NCBI GenBank assembly: GCA_050010675.1
Contig: JBEKKN010000010.1
Coordinates: 5,648 to 69,647 of the forward strand
Source of the DNA: Verrucomicrobiota bacterium
GTDB lineage: Bacteria; Verrucomicrobiota; Verrucomicrobiia; Limisphaerales; UBA11358
DNA: 64,000 bases
Reading direction: 5' to 3'
The first letter of the stretch is position 1. Each line of letters begins with the position of its first letter. Positions 20,416 through 30,790 of the stretch are shown in pieces. Made by a program: the position numbers and the translations under genes. The notes under the pieces are model-generated. The model was not told the origin of the DNA and made no database searches. It worked only from the letters and a program-made list of their open reading frames with translations.

Positions 20416-22347
20416 TCAAGTTGGACGACCACTCGGTGGAACTGCCGAAGCCGCGCGGATCGCCTCCAACTCCTCCCAGCGCGCGTACAGCTTTGCGAGA
20501 TTGCCCTTCGCCGCGGCGAGGTCGGCATTGAGCTGGCTGGTTTGCGCGGCGCGGGTGCGGTGAAAATCCGGCGAGGCAAACAAGGCTTCGATGCGGGCGA
20601 TTTCCGCGTCCACCGCGTGAATTTGCGCCTCCATGCCTTCCAGCTCGCGCGTTTCCTTGAACGACAGCTTGCGGGGCTTGGCCGGGCTCGGTGTCTTCGG
20701 GGCGTCGACTCGGGAGAGCGCCGTTGATTTGTTTGCAGAGATGATGGCGGCGCTCTGCCGAGACGCCGCGACAACCTGCCGCTGCTTTTTTTCCAGGTAA
20801 TAATCGTAATCGCCGACGCTGTGATGGATTTTGCCGTCGCCTTCGAAGGCCAGCACGTCGGTGCAGACGCGGTTCAGGAAATACCGGTCGTGGCTCACCA
20901 CCAGCACGGTGCCCGGAAACGCAATCAACGCCTCCTCCAGCACCCGTAACGTCGGCAGGTCGAGATCGTTCGTCGGTTCGTCGAGGATGAGGAAATTGCC
21001 GCCGTTCTTCAGGATGCGCGCGAGCAGCAAACGGCTGCGTTCGCCGCCGCTCAGGTGTTTTACCAGCGTCGTGATGCGATCGTCGGCGAACAGGAACCGC
21101 TTGAGATACGAGCGCAGCGAAATTTTGGCTTCGCCGAAGATGACAAATACCGTGCCGTCGCTGACCTCCTCCAGCGCCGTGCGTTCCTCGCGCAATTGAA
21201 TCCGCCCCTGGTCCACATAGTTGAACTTCGTGAGCTGGCCGGTCTTCACCGTGCCTTCCGTGGGTGCCAGCTGGCCGATGATGATCTTGAGCAATGTGGT
21301 TTTACCCAGGCCGTTCCGCCCGGCCACGCCGATGCGCTGGCCGTTTTCGAACGTGAAATTGAACCCGCGAAACAGCGTGCGCCCGCCGAGGTCCATGCCC
21401 AGATTGCTCAATTCAACGACGCGATTGCCCAGTTGCGGCGGCGGCGGGATGCACAGCTCCACGTCTTCCTCGATCACCGGTCCGTCCTGCGCCGCGGTTT
21501 CATAGTAACGCTCGAACCGGTTCTTCTGCTTGCTGCGTTGAGCGCGCGGACCCTGCCGCACCCAGGCCAGTTCCTTTTTGAGAAACATCTGGCGCTTGTG
21601 CTCGATGGTGACGTCCGCCGCCTGGCGCTCGGCCTTGTCCAGCAGGTAATCGGTGTAATTGCCGGCGTGCGAGAAAAACCGGCCGTCGGAGAGCTCGACC
21701 ATGCGCCTGGCCACGCGGTCGAGAAAATAGCGGTCATGCGTGACGACCAGGAACGAGCCGTGGAACTCGTCGAGAAATTCGGCGACCCACTCGATGGATT
21801 CCGGGTCCAGATGGTTCGTCGGCTCGTCGAGAATCAGCAGGTCGGGGTCCGAGACCAGGGCGCGGCACATGGCGATGCGCCGCTTCTCGCCGCCGGACAG
21901 GCTTTCGATGCGCCGGTCGGCGGCGGGACAATTCAGGTGCGACATCGCGGTCTCAATGCGCCGGTCGAGCGTCCAGCCTTCCAGCGCGGCGATGCGATGC
22001 TCCAGTTCCTCGTGGCGTTTTGAGTCCTGCGGCAGCGATTCGAATTCCGCAATCAAATCCAGCACCGGCTTCGCCCCGTCGCGGATGTTTTCGAGCACGT
22101 TCTTCGCCGGATCGAGCATGAAATCCTGCGGCAGGTAGCTGACGACGAGTTCGCGCCGGCGGGTGACATCGCCGCCATCCGGCGATTGCAGTCCGGCGAG
22201 GATGCGGAGGAACGTCGTCTTGCCGCAGCCATTGCGCCCGACGAGCCCGATGCGGTCGCCTTCGTCAATCGCCAGCGTCGCGCGGTCGAGTACCGTGCGA
22301 TCACCGTAGCTTACGGTGATTTCAGTGGCGGTCAGGATGGTGGACAT
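20416..22347 (-). CDS. uup: ABC-F family ATPase (Uup-like)
   Basis: Two ABC domains (GRNGCGKT/LSGGE/LDEPTNHLD and GRNGLGKT/LSGGE/DEPTNDLD), C-terminal KLSFKE.REL coiled coil ending ARWEELE. Confidence 0.88.
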   Translation of the reverse strand: MSTILTATEITVSYGDRTVLDRATLAIDEGDRIGLVGRNGCGKTTFLRILAGLQSPDGGDVTRRRELVVSYLPQDFMLDPAKNVLENIRDGAKPVLDLIAEFESLPQDSKRHEELEHRIAALEGWTLDRRIETAMSHLNCPAADRRIESLSGGEKRRIAMCRALVSDPDLLILDEPTNHLDPESIEWVAEFLDEFHGSFLVVTHDRYFLDRVARRMVELSDGRFFSHAGNYTDYLLDKAERQAADVTIEHKRQMFLKKELAWVRQGPRAQRSKQKNRFERYYETAAQDGPVIEEDVELCIPPPPQLGNRVVELSNLGMDLGGRTLFRGFNFTFENGQRIGVAGRNGLGKTTLLKIIIGQLAPTEGTVKTGQLTKFNYVDQGRIQLREERTALEEVSDGTVFVIFGEAKISLRSYLKRFLFADDRITTLVKHLSGGERSRLLLARILKNGGNFLILDEPTNDLDLPTLRVLEEALIAFPGTVLVVSHDRYFLNRVCTDVLAFEGDGKIHHSVGDYDYYLEKKQRQVVAASRQSAAIISANKSTALSRVDAPKTPSPAKPRKLSFKETRELEGMEAQIHAVDAEIARIEALFASPDFHRTRAAQTSQLNADLAAAKGNLAKLYARWEELEAIRAASAVPPSGRPT

Positions 22348-22529
22348 TTCAATTCAAGCCGCAGCATGACACAACATTACCCACAGGAACGCGGACGGTA
22401 TCAAAGCCCTGGGAAGGAACAAGCCGGGAAAGCCGGTCCGACGCTGATTGTTTTGTCCGGCTTGGTCAGGTTGGGGGCTTGATTCTTCGTTGGTGCCCCT
22501 CCGGATATGTTGACGGTGATGGCCGCCGG

Positions 22530-24926
22530 CTACCGGCTTTGCAAGGTGACGCTGGCCGGTTCGAGCCCGGGCGCACTTGCCTGCACCGTGATGCCACCGC
22601 CCGATCCGTTGGATTGCAGAATCACCAGCCCGCGGCCCTGGAATGTCCGGTGCGTGTCGCCCTGGCAATTTTCGTGGTTGCTCAAATCGCCGTTGCCGAT
22701 GCCGATGATTTTGGCCGGGCCGGTCAAATCAAATTTCACTTCCGCGTCGGCATCGGGCACGCGCACGCCATTTTCGTCCACGATCCGGAATTCAATCTGG
22801 GAAACGTCCTTGCCATCGGCGCGGAGTTGAGTCGTGTCCGGCAGCAGTTCAATTCGGTGGGGCGCGCCGGCGGTTTGCAACACGTAATCGCAAACGTCCC
22901 GTCCGTTCACGCGGCCGACGGCCCGGAGCGTTCCCGGCTCGAAGGGCACCTGCCAGTTTAAAACGCCGTCAACGGCTTCGGAACGTTTCCGGGTGCCGAT
23001 GATTTTGCCGTTCAAGGTCAGTGTGACTTCCGGGCAGTTGGCGTAAGCGGCCACGTTCACGGTGGCGTTGGAGGGCCAGTTCCAATGTTCGGCGGCGTTG
23101 AACCGCCGGTTCAGGGGCGGGCCGGGGACGCATAAATAAACCATCGGCCGGTCGTTCCACAGGCTTTGCCGGAACCAGCCGATGGGTTTTTTGAAACCGC
23201 AAAGGTCGAGCAGGCCCGCCCCGTTGGCGCGATCCGGCCACGCATCCGCCTCGCCGAGATAATCAACGCCCGTCCACAAAAATTGGCCGGCAATATAATC
23301 ATTCGTCTCCACCGCGCGCCACGCGGCATATGGATGGCCGTTCTCGCTGCCGTAAATGACCCGTTTCGGAAATTTCTTATGGTCGTCGGCATAACGCGCT
23401 TCCTGATAGTTGTAGCCGGTGGCATCGAGTAATTCCGGCAGGCCGACGGCGTCGGACATCGCCACCATCGCGAGCGCCGCGGTGACGGGCCGTGTGCGAT
23501 CCAACGATTTAACGGCGGCCACCAGTGGCGCGGCGCATTTCAACAAATCTGCGGCCGGGGGATTTTCCGGGCGATAATTTTGCCCGAGCACGGGGTCCGA
23601 AAATGGATCGTTGGGATAATCAATCTCGTTGCCGATGCTCCACAGAATAATGCTCGGATGATTGCGGTCGCGGCGGACCATGTCCGAAATGTCCGTCACC
23701 GACCATTGATCAAAAATTTCGGCGTAACCGAAGTGGTCGGGCACGCCGGCATTCCAGCCGGCAACCCATTTATTTTTCCCCGGCGTAAATTCGTCAAACG
23801 CTTCATCCATCACGAGCAAGCCCATCCGATCGCACAGGTTCAACAATTCCGGGTCCGGCGGATTGTGGCTGGTGCGGATGGCGTTGACGCCGATTTCCTT
23901 GAGCAACCGTAATCGCCGTTCCAGAACCTTGTCCGGCACCGCCGCGCCCACCGAACCGGCGTCGTGATGCAGGCAAACCCCCTTGAGCTTGGTCGAAACG
24001 CCATTGAGAAAAAATCCTTGGTTGGCGTCAAACGTCGCGGTGCGGACGCCAAAGGAGGTTTCCGTTTCGTCCACGGTCCCGTCGCCGGATTGGAGGTGGC
24101 TTTTCAAGGTGTAAAGCTGCGGCGATGCGAGCGACCATAATTTCGGCTCCGAAATTTTTATTTTTTGAACCAGTGTTCGAACCGATTTGCCGGCGGCGGA
24201 TTTTGAAGCGGTGGCGGTCCCGACGAGAGTTCCGTCCGGCGCGACGATGTCCGATCGCAACGAAAATGTCTCTTCCTTGCTGAAATTGTTTTCAATCGCC
24301 GTCTCGACGCGGATGAGCGCGGAATTCTTTTTTATTTCCGGCGTGGTCACCGATGTTCCCCAATGGGCGAGGCGCAGCGGCTCCGTGATCACCAGCCGCA
24401 CGTTGCGATAAATTCCCGAGCCGGTGTAAAAACGCGAATCAGCGTAACGCGAATGATCCACGCGCACGGCGACGACGTTGTCAGAATTCCAATTCAAATA
24501 CGGCGTCAAATCGTATTCAAAACCGATGAAACCGAACGGCCGCGCGCCGACAAATTGGCCGTTGATCCAAACCTCGGAGTCGTCATAGACCCCGTCGAAT
24601 TCAATCGCGACCAGCTTGTTTTCCTGCGCCGCGTCGAGCCGAAAATGTTTGCGATACCAGCCAATCCCGCCGGGTACGAAGCCGTTGCCGCTGCCATAGT
24701 CCGGGCTGAACGGACCTTCGATGCTCCAATCGTGCGGTACCTCCAGCTGGCGCCAGCTGCCATCATCGAACGCCGGCAACATTGCCGATGCAAAGTCGCT
24801 TTTGCTGAAAAGCCAGTTTGCGTCAAAATCTTCCGTGAGGCGCGCCGACAAGGCCGGCGAATGAAACGGAATGGCCGCAAAAACCCAAACCAGAAAGGCC
24901 ATGGGAAATATCTTTGGAAATCTCAT
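22530..24926 (-). CDS. GH2 beta-galactosidase-like glycoside hydrolase
   Basis: VPHDWSIE, GIGWYRK.F, GSGIYR, KGVCLHHD, RTSHNP, RDRNHPSII.WSIGNE; start placed at MRFPKIF. Confidence 0.92.
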   Translation of the reverse strand: MRFPKIFPMAFLVWVFAAIPFHSPALSARLTEDFDANWLFSKSDFASAMLPAFDDGSWRQLEVPHDWSIEGPFSPDYGSGNGFVPGGIGWYRKHFRLDAAQENKLVAIEFDGVYDDSEVWINGQFVGARPFGFIGFEYDLTPYLNWNSDNVVAVRVDHSRYADSRFYTGSGIYRNVRLVITEPLRLAHWGTSVTTPEIKKNSALIRVETAIENNFSKEETFSLRSDIVAPDGTLVGTATASKSAAGKSVRTLVQKIKISEPKLWSLASPQLYTLKSHLQSGDGTVDETETSFGVRTATFDANQGFFLNGVSTKLKGVCLHHDAGSVGAAVPDKVLERRLRLLKEIGVNAIRTSHNPPDPELLNLCDRMGLLVMDEAFDEFTPGKNKWVAGWNAGVPDHFGYAEIFDQWSVTDISDMVRRDRNHPSIILWSIGNEIDYPNDPFSDPVLGQNYRPENPPAADLLKCAAPLVAAVKSLDRTRPVTAALAMVAMSDAVGLPELLDATGYNYQEARYADDHKKFPKRVIYGSENGHPYAAWRAVETNDYIAGQFLWTGVDYLGEADAWPDRANGAGLLDLCGFKKPIGWFRQSLWNDRPMVYLCVPGPPLNRRFNAAEHWNWPSNATVNVAAYANCPEVTLTLNGKIIGTRKRSEAVDGVLNWQVPFEPGTLRAVGRVNGRDVCDYVLQTAGAPHRIELLPDTTQLRADGKDVSQIEFRIVDENGVRVPDADAEVKFDLTGPAKIIGIGNGDLSNHENCQGDTHRTFQGRGLVILQSNGSGGGITVQASAPGLEPASVTLQSR

Positions 24927-25213
24927 AAAGATCCGCACTTTAGTTTGTTTCCGAAAATCATTCCAGCGCATTTCCCCGTTTTCCAGCCGGGGGAACGGCT
25001 CCTGCAAACGAGCCCCCAGGCCGTGGTGGCGGTGATTGCGAATGACGAGCAATCCTGCGATGTCCCACTGATGGTGGTGAGGATGATGGACATGTCAGAA
25101 CGCGAACGCGGCAAAGAATTCAACCGGAATAAACGAAAGGGTCTGGCAGCATGAATCCGGCAATCCATTTGCGCAAGACGCCCTGCGTTCGATATTCTCC
25201 CACATCACCACAT

Positions 25214-27964
25214 ATGAAACACTTTCCGATTTTCCTGGTTTTGATTCTGGCGGCGTTTCGCTGCGCCGGGATGACCGTCAGTCATCCGGGTTGTGAACAT
25301 CGGGAAAATCCCCTCGGCGTGGACATGGCCCAGCCGGGTTTGAATTGGATTTTGCAATCGTCCAGGCGTGGCGACCGGCAGACGGCTTATCAGGTCCTCG
25401 CGGCCTCGAGCCGGTCCCGGCTTGATAAAAACACGGGGGATTTGTGGGACAGCGGCAGGGTGGATTCCGATCGCACGATCCAAATCCTGTATGCCGGCCA
25501 CGCATTGGAGTCGGCGCAACCAGTCTTCTGGAAAGTGAGGGTTTGGGATGCCCAGGGCAAAGTCTCTCCCTGGAGCCAGCCGGCGACGTGGACGATGGGC
25601 CTCCTGAAAACGAACGACTGGCAGGCGCAGTGGATTGGCGCCGCGGACACGAACATACCATCGCTGTTGTTGCGCCGTGAATTTTCCGTGAAGCCCGGAC
25701 TCCGGCGCGCCCTCGCCAATATTTGCGGCCTTGGCCAATATGAATTGACCCTCAACGGCCAAAAAGTGGGCGACGATTTACTGTCACCCGGCTGGACGAA
25801 ATACAACCAGACCTGTCTTTACGACACGCTCGACATCACTGCGGACTTGAAAACCGGAAAGAACGCCGTCGGGATCGAACTCGGCAACGGCATGTACAAT
25901 CTTCCGGCGACCCGGTTCAAGCCGCCGGGCTGGCAGCCCTATTCCTTTGGCCCGCTCAAGGCCATTGCGCAAATCCGGCTGGAATATGCCGACGGCTCGG
26001 TCGAGACGGTGGCCACGGATGAACACTGGCGGGTCGCCGCCAGCCCGATTACTGCATCGTCGATTTATAGCGGCGAAGATTTCGACGCCCGGTTGGTGCA
26101 ACCAGGCTGGAACCGGATTAAATTCAACGATGCCCAATGGGCGTCCGCGCAAATCGTCAACGGGCCGGGCGGTGAGTTGCGCGGACTTTCCGTCGCCGCG
26201 CCGCCGATTCGCTGGTTTGAAATTCATCAGCCGGTCTCCTCGCGCCCGCTCACGAACGGGGACGTCGTTTTTGACCTCGGCCAGAACGCGGCACACGTCC
26301 CTCGAATTTCCGTCACCGGCCCGGCGGGCAGCCGGGTGCGCCTGATTCCATCGGAGCTGGTCGGCCGCGATGGTTCGGCGGACCAAGGTTCGATGGGCGC
26401 GGGACGCCGCAACGGCATCTGGTGCGACTTCACCAAGGCAACGGACGGCGTGGAGACGTGGTCGCCGAAATTTTTCTACGTCGGTTGCCGCTATCTAGAG
26501 GTGAAACGTTATCCGGCCGCCGGCGAAACCCGATTGCCCGCCGTGAAATCCATTGCCGGCATCGTCGTGCAATCCTCTTCCGAACCCGTCGGCGAATTTG
26601 AATGTTCCAACCCGTTGTTCAACCGCATCCGCGCGCTCGTCCGCTGGGCGCAGCGCAGCAATATGATGAGCGTGATGACCGATTGTCCGCAGCGTGAAAA
26701 GCGCGGCTGGCTCGAGGAGGATCACTTGAACGGACCGGCCTTGCGTTACGAATTCGACCTCGCGCCGTTGTTCACCAAAATGCTGAACGACATCGCCGAT
26801 TCACAACTCCCGGACGGACTCGTGCCGACGACCGCGCCGGAATACGCGATTTTCCGGGACCGGGGCCAGACCGGTGACGAACGGGGCATTTTCGGCGATT
26901 CACCGGAGTGGAGCAGCGCCTTCATTCTCGTGCCGTGGCAGCAGTATGAATTCGACGGCGACCTCAATCTGTTCCGCGCGCACTACAACGCGATGACCAA
27001 TTACCTCGGTTATCTTGGCCGCCGCGCCACCAACGATATCGTCAATTACGGCCTTGGTGACTGGTACGACCTGGGCCCGAAACCTCCGGGGATCGCGCAG
27101 CTCACGCCCATTGCCCTCACCGCGACGGCCTTTTATTACCTGGACGCGGAAATCATGTCGCGCGCCGCCGCGTTGCTTGGCAAGGACGATGACGCCAGGC
27201 AATTCTCCGAGCTGGCGCAAAACATCCGCACCGCGTTCAACGCGAGATTTTACGACCCGGCCCGGCGCCTTTACGCCACCGGCTCGCAGACGGCGGATGC
27301 GATTCCGCTCGTGATGGACTTGTGCGACCCGGCCAATCGCGACGCGGTGCTCGAGGCCATTGTCCGCGATGTGCGCCAACGCGGCAACGCGCTGACGGCT
27401 GGCGACGTCGGTTACCGCTACCTGCTCCGCGCGCTGGCGGGCGGCGGGCGCAGCGACGTGATTTTTGACATCAACGACCAGTCGGGGAAACCCGGCTACG
27501 GTTACCAGTTGAAAATGGGCGCGACCAGTTTGACCGAGGCGTGGACCGCCTGGCGTGCCGCGTCCCAGAATCACTTCATGCTCGGCCAGATCCAGGAATG
27601 GTTCTACCACGATCTCGCCGGGATCCAGAACGCACCGGACAGTGCGGGTTTCAAAAAAATCATCATCAACCCGCAGCCCGTTGGCGACCTGACCTGGGCC
27701 AGGTGCCAATACCATTCCGTTCGCGGCCCCATCACGGCCGAATGGCGTCGCGCCGCTAACCAATTTACCCTCGACGTTACGATCCCGCCAAACACCACGG
27801 CCACGGTCCTGGTTCCCGCCCGGTCCGTCGCTGACGTCCGGGAAAGCGGCGTGGCGGCCGACAAGGCAACTGGTGTGAAATTCCTTCGGGCGGAAGCGGG
27901 CCGCGCGGTTTTTGAGGTCGGGTCCGGGAAATATCAATTCGCAACGGCTTCCGGCGGACTTTGA
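25214..27964 (+). CDS. GH78 alpha-L-rhamnosidase
   Basis: LWDSGRV, GLGQYEL, DLGQN, TDCPQREKRGW, GATSLTEAW, SQNHFMLG. Confidence 0.92.
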   Translation: MKHFPIFLVLILAAFRCAGMTVSHPGCEHRENPLGVDMAQPGLNWILQSSRRGDRQTAYQVLAASSRSRLDKNTGDLWDSGRVDSDRTIQILYAGHALESAQPVFWKVRVWDAQGKVSPWSQPATWTMGLLKTNDWQAQWIGAADTNIPSLLLRREFSVKPGLRRALANICGLGQYELTLNGQKVGDDLLSPGWTKYNQTCLYDTLDITADLKTGKNAVGIELGNGMYNLPATRFKPPGWQPYSFGPLKAIAQIRLEYADGSVETVATDEHWRVAASPITASSIYSGEDFDARLVQPGWNRIKFNDAQWASAQIVNGPGGELRGLSVAAPPIRWFEIHQPVSSRPLTNGDVVFDLGQNAAHVPRISVTGPAGSRVRLIPSELVGRDGSADQGSMGAGRRNGIWCDFTKATDGVETWSPKFFYVGCRYLEVKRYPAAGETRLPAVKSIAGIVVQSSSEPVGEFECSNPLFNRIRALVRWAQRSNMMSVMTDCPQREKRGWLEEDHLNGPALRYEFDLAPLFTKMLNDIADSQLPDGLVPTTAPEYAIFRDRGQTGDERGIFGDSPEWSSAFILVPWQQYEFDGDLNLFRAHYNAMTNYLGYLGRRATNDIVNYGLGDWYDLGPKPPGIAQLTPIALTATAFYYLDAEIMSRAAALLGKDDDARQFSELAQNIRTAFNARFYDPARRLYATGSQTADAIPLVMDLCDPANRDAVLEAIVRDVRQRGNALTAGDVGYRYLLRALAGGGRSDVIFDINDQSGKPGYGYQLKMGATSLTEAWTAWRAASQNHFMLGQIQEWFYHDLAGIQNAPDSAGFKKIIINPQPVGDLTWARCQYHSVRGPITAEWRRAANQFTLDVTIPPNTTATVLVPARSVADVRESGVAADKATGVKFLRAEAGRAVFEVGSGKYQFATASGGL

Positions 27965-27976
27965 CTGGCGTGCAGC

Positions 27977-29626
27977 CTAATCCCTGGCCGTCTGTGCCGG
28001 CAACGCGGACAATGGCACCCGCTCGTTGGTTTTGGCGAAATACTCGGCCGACCATTCATTGGTGAACAGCACGACCGGGTTTTTGCCCACGTCATATGCG
28101 ATCCGGGAACCGGTTGGCAGCGACAAGGCGTCTAGATCGTCCTCCTTCATATCCACCGGCAGCCAGCGGACGACTGTCCAAGGCGCGGCTTCGAGCCGCG
28201 ACACCGCGCCGTACTCGCTTTCGAGCCGGAATTGCACGACCTCGAATTGCAACGGGCCGACCGCTGCGAGCAAGGGTGTTTTCACCGACGAATTGCGCAG
28301 GTATAGCGCCTGGATGACGCCTTCCTGCATCAATTGCTCCAGTCCCTGGCGAAATTGTTTGAACTTGGCCGTGTTCGGGTTGTGCAGGTAGCTGAAGGCT
28401 TCGGGTGTGAACCGCGGGATTTCCTTGTAAATGATTTTGGGGTCGGTCGTCAGCGTGTCGCCGATGCCAAAGCCGTTGTGGCCGACCAAGCCAATCACGT
28501 CGCCGGGCCAGGCTTCGTCGACGGTTTCGCGCTCGTTGCCGAACAGCTTGTGCGAGCTGGACAGGCGCACCTTCTTTTCCGACCGCGAATGATGCACCGT
28601 CATGTCACGCTCGAATTTGCCGGAACAGACCCGGACGAACGCGATGCGGTCGCGGTGTTTCGGATCCATGTTCGCCTGAATCTTGAAAATGAACCCGGAG
28701 AACGCGGGGTGTTCCGGCGTGATGTAGTCGCCGACCTGGGGCGGTGAATGGCTCGGGTCGCCGTTCACCCCGGCGGCCACCGCCGAATGCCGTCCTTTGG
28801 GTCCGGGCGCGTGTTTCAGGAAACCGTCCAGCAGCAGTTGCACGCCAAAGTTGTTGCTGGCGCTCCCGAAGAAAACCGGCGTGGTCTTGTCCCCCAGCAC
28901 GGCGGCGTCATCCCAGTCATGCCCGGCGTGTTCAAGCATGGCGAGTTCCTCGACCGTTTTGTGAAACGTCGCATCGTCCAGACGGCCGCGGACCGCCGGA
29001 TCATCAAGGCCGCCGACCTGCACCGGCGCGCGATATTGGCCGCCAACGGTGCGTTCGAACAGATGCATCAGTTTTGTCTGCCGGTCATAAACGCCCTGAA
29101 ACTCGGAACCGTTGCCGATGGGCCAGTTCACCGGGAACGCGCCGATGCCCAGCACGTGTTCCAGTTCGTCGAGCAGGGCCAGCGGATCTTTGGTCGGCCG
29201 GTCGCACTTGTTCATGAACGTGAAGATCGGCACGCCGCGCTGGCGGCAGACCTCGAAGAGCTTGCGCGTCTGCGGTTCGATGCCCTTGGCCGAGTCAATC
29301 ACCATCACCACCGAATCCACCGCCGTGAGCACGCGATAGGTGTCCTCGGAAAAATCCTTGTGCCCCGGCGTGTCGAGCAGATTGAGGCGGTAACCGTTGT
29401 AATCGAATTGCAATACCGTGGAGCTGATGGAGATGCCGCGCTTCTTTTCCAGCTCCATCCAGTCGGACGTGGTGGCGCGTTGATTTTTACGCGCGGTGAC
29501 CGAGCCGGCGAGCTGCACCGCGCCGCCGTACAGCAGCAGCTTCTCCGTCAACGTGGTCTTGCCCGCGTCCGGATGCGAGATGATGGCGAACGTGCGGCGT
29601 TTCTGAATTTCGTCCGTGATGTTCAC
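27977..29626 (-). CDS. prfC: Peptide chain release factor 3
   Basis: RRTFAIISHPDAGKTTLTEK, DTPGH.DFSEDTYR, FKIQANMDP.HRDR. Confidence 0.97.
   Translation of the reverse strand: MNITDEIQKRRTFAIISHPDAGKTTLTEKLLLYGGAVQLAGSVTARKNQRATTSDWMELEKKRGISISSTVLQFDYNGYRLNLLDTPGHKDFSEDTYRVLTAVDSVVMVIDSAKGIEPQTRKLFEVCRQRGVPIFTFMNKCDRPTKDPLALLDELEHVLGIGAFPVNWPIGNGSEFQGVYDRQTKLMHLFERTVGGQYRAPVQVGGLDDPAVRGRLDDATFHKTVEELAMLEHAGHDWDDAAVLGDKTTPVFFGSASNNFGVQLLLDGFLKHAPGPKGRHSAVAAGVNGDPSHSPPQVGDYITPEHPAFSGFIFKIQANMDPKHRDRIAFVRVCSGKFERDMTVHHSRSEKKVRLSSSHKLFGNERETVDEAWPGDVIGLVGHNGFGIGDTLTTDPKIIYKEIPRFTPEAFSYLHNPNTAKFKQFRQGLEQLMQEGVIQALYLRNSSVKTPLLAAVGPLQFEVVQFRLESEYGAVSRLEAAPWTVVRWLPVDMKEDDLDALSLPTGSRIAYDVGKNPVVLFTNEWSAEYFAKTNERVPLSALPAQTARD
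28743..28769. repeat. Palindromic in-frame insert in prfC
   Basis: GGTGAATGGC-N7-GCCGTTCACC, within the extra segment SAVAAGVNGDPSHSPPQVG. Confidence 0.5.
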
Positions 29627-29713
29627 AAAGGACGCATATCATAACCAGAAATCGGGCCGGAACAAGTTTTGGATTTTGCCCGGCGCCGCTGCCGCCGGAG
29701 GTGGAGTCGGTCA

Positions 29714-29803
29714 TTTACAATCGCCACCCCGGCGCGCATGATGCCCCTGCCTTCGGAGAAACTGACATGCCGCGGGCAGGTCAACCTGACGGAAGACAAT
29801 GTT
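29714..29803 (+). promoter_or_regulatory. Shared promoter and leader upstream of small basic ORF A
   Basis: TTTACA-N17-CATGAT, then CCTTCGGAGAAACTGACATGCCGC (29750-29773), identical to 35875-35898. Confidence 0.6.
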
Positions 29804-29872
29804 ATGGCTAAAAAATCCAAGGTCAAAAGCGCCGCCAAAAAGAGACCGGCCGCTAAAAAGAAAAAGAAGTAA
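29804..29872 (+). CDS. 22-aa Lys/Ala-rich peptide MAKKSKVKSAAKKRPAAKKKKK
   Basis: ATG after GGAAG; histone-H1-like composition; shares its leader with ORF 35931. Confidence 0.55.
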   Translation: MAKKSKVKSAAKKRPAAKKKKK

Positions 29873-29932
29873 CCTGTTCCCACTGTCTCTCCTGACAAAA
29901 ATCAGGAGGGACAGGTTGCTCCCCAAAACCAC

Positions 29933-30148
29933 GTGGCCGTGAAACTCTGCCAGGGTCAGGTCTGGAAAAAGGACGGACACTACGTCCGCATCGTGCGACT
30001 CGAACGGCTCGAGGTGGAATATAAATCGTTGGACAGCCTCGCCAGCAAGGCCGGCCCCAAAACCGTCACCAGCAAAAAAGATTTCTGCCGCCTGCTCAAA
30101 GGCGCGCATTTGTTGTCCGCCCGCAAACCATCTCCGCTGGCCGGATGA
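29933..30148 (+). CDS. Small hypothetical protein
   Basis: 71-aa ORF (KLCQGQVWKK..YVRIVRLERLEVEYK) with normal codon usage. Confidence 0.65.
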   Translation: MAVKLCQGQVWKKDGHYVRIVRLERLEVEYKSLDSLASKAGPKTVTSKKDFCRLLKGAHLLSARKPSPLAG

Positions 30149-30167
30149 GGCCCGGGTGGGAACAAAC

Positions 30168-30205
30168 AAAAAAAGGCGGAGCCCGGTTTTCACCGGACCC
30201 CGCCC
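30168..30205 (-). terminator. Intrinsic terminator after RRM gene 2
   Basis: GGCGGGGTCCGGT-GAAA-ACCGGGCTCCGCC followed by a T-run on the minus strand. Confidence 0.8.
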
Positions 30206-30221
30206 TGAAATCCAAAAGGGA

Positions 30222-30572
30222 TCAGTAGCGTTCGCGACGTCCGCCGCCACCACCACCGCCACCGCCACCGCCGCCGTAACCGCCACGACGACCACCACCG
30301 CCACCGCCGCCGGGGGCGCGTTCTTCACGCGGCCGGGCTACGTTGACCGTGAGGGCGCGACCGTCCACTTCCTTGCCGTTCAAGGCTTCGATGGCCTTTT
30401 GGGCCTCCTCGGGTGAACTCATGGTCACAAAACCAAAACCGCGGGGGCGGCCGGTTTCGCGATCCATCATCAGGTTGGTTTCCACGACCGTGCCATACGC
30501 GGCGAACGCGTCGTTCAGGTCGTTTTCGGTGGTATTGAAGGAAAGATTTCCCACAAACAATTTGCTGCTCAT
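30222..30572 (-). CDS. RRM RNA-binding protein with Gly-rich tail (copy 2)
   Basis: LFVGNL, RGFGFV, long GGG/RGG tail. Confidence 0.95.
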   Translation of the reverse strand: MSSKLFVGNLSFNTTENDLNDAFAAYGTVVETNLMMDRETGRPRGFGFVTMSSPEEAQKAIEALNGKEVDGRALTVNVARPREERAPGGGGGGGRRGGYGGGGGGGGGGGGRRERY

Positions 30573-30706
30573 ATGATGTTTACTGTCCTAGACTAAACTT
30601 AGCTTTTGCCAGACTGTTTCCGTTGATCGGATTTCAAATCATCACTGAACCAGGTTCACTTGAAGATTTACCATGCCTTAAAAAGAGACAAGCCATCTAA
30701 CAGACA
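30573..30706 (-). ncRNA. Conserved structured 5' leader of RRM gene (copy 2)
   Basis: Shares the 34-nt invariant block and other blocks with copies 1 and 3; TTGCCA-N16-TACACT promoter-like motif just upstream. Confidence 0.6.
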
Positions 30707-30790
30707 ACCGCAGTGTAACAGGTTCCGGCGGGATGGCAACAACCTTCGTCAATTATTTTTTCAGCCCGCCCGGGCCCGGTCCGGACCGGG

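Noticed and set aside
24930-25110. His-rich or Thr/Ile-rich attenuator leader upstream of the GH2 gene
   Set aside because: The His-rich frame lacks a start codon, the Thr-rich ORF is too long with no terminator, and the downstream gene is not biosynthetic.
30240-30312. GGC/GGT trinucleotide repeats
   Set aside because: They simply encode the Gly-rich RRM tail.
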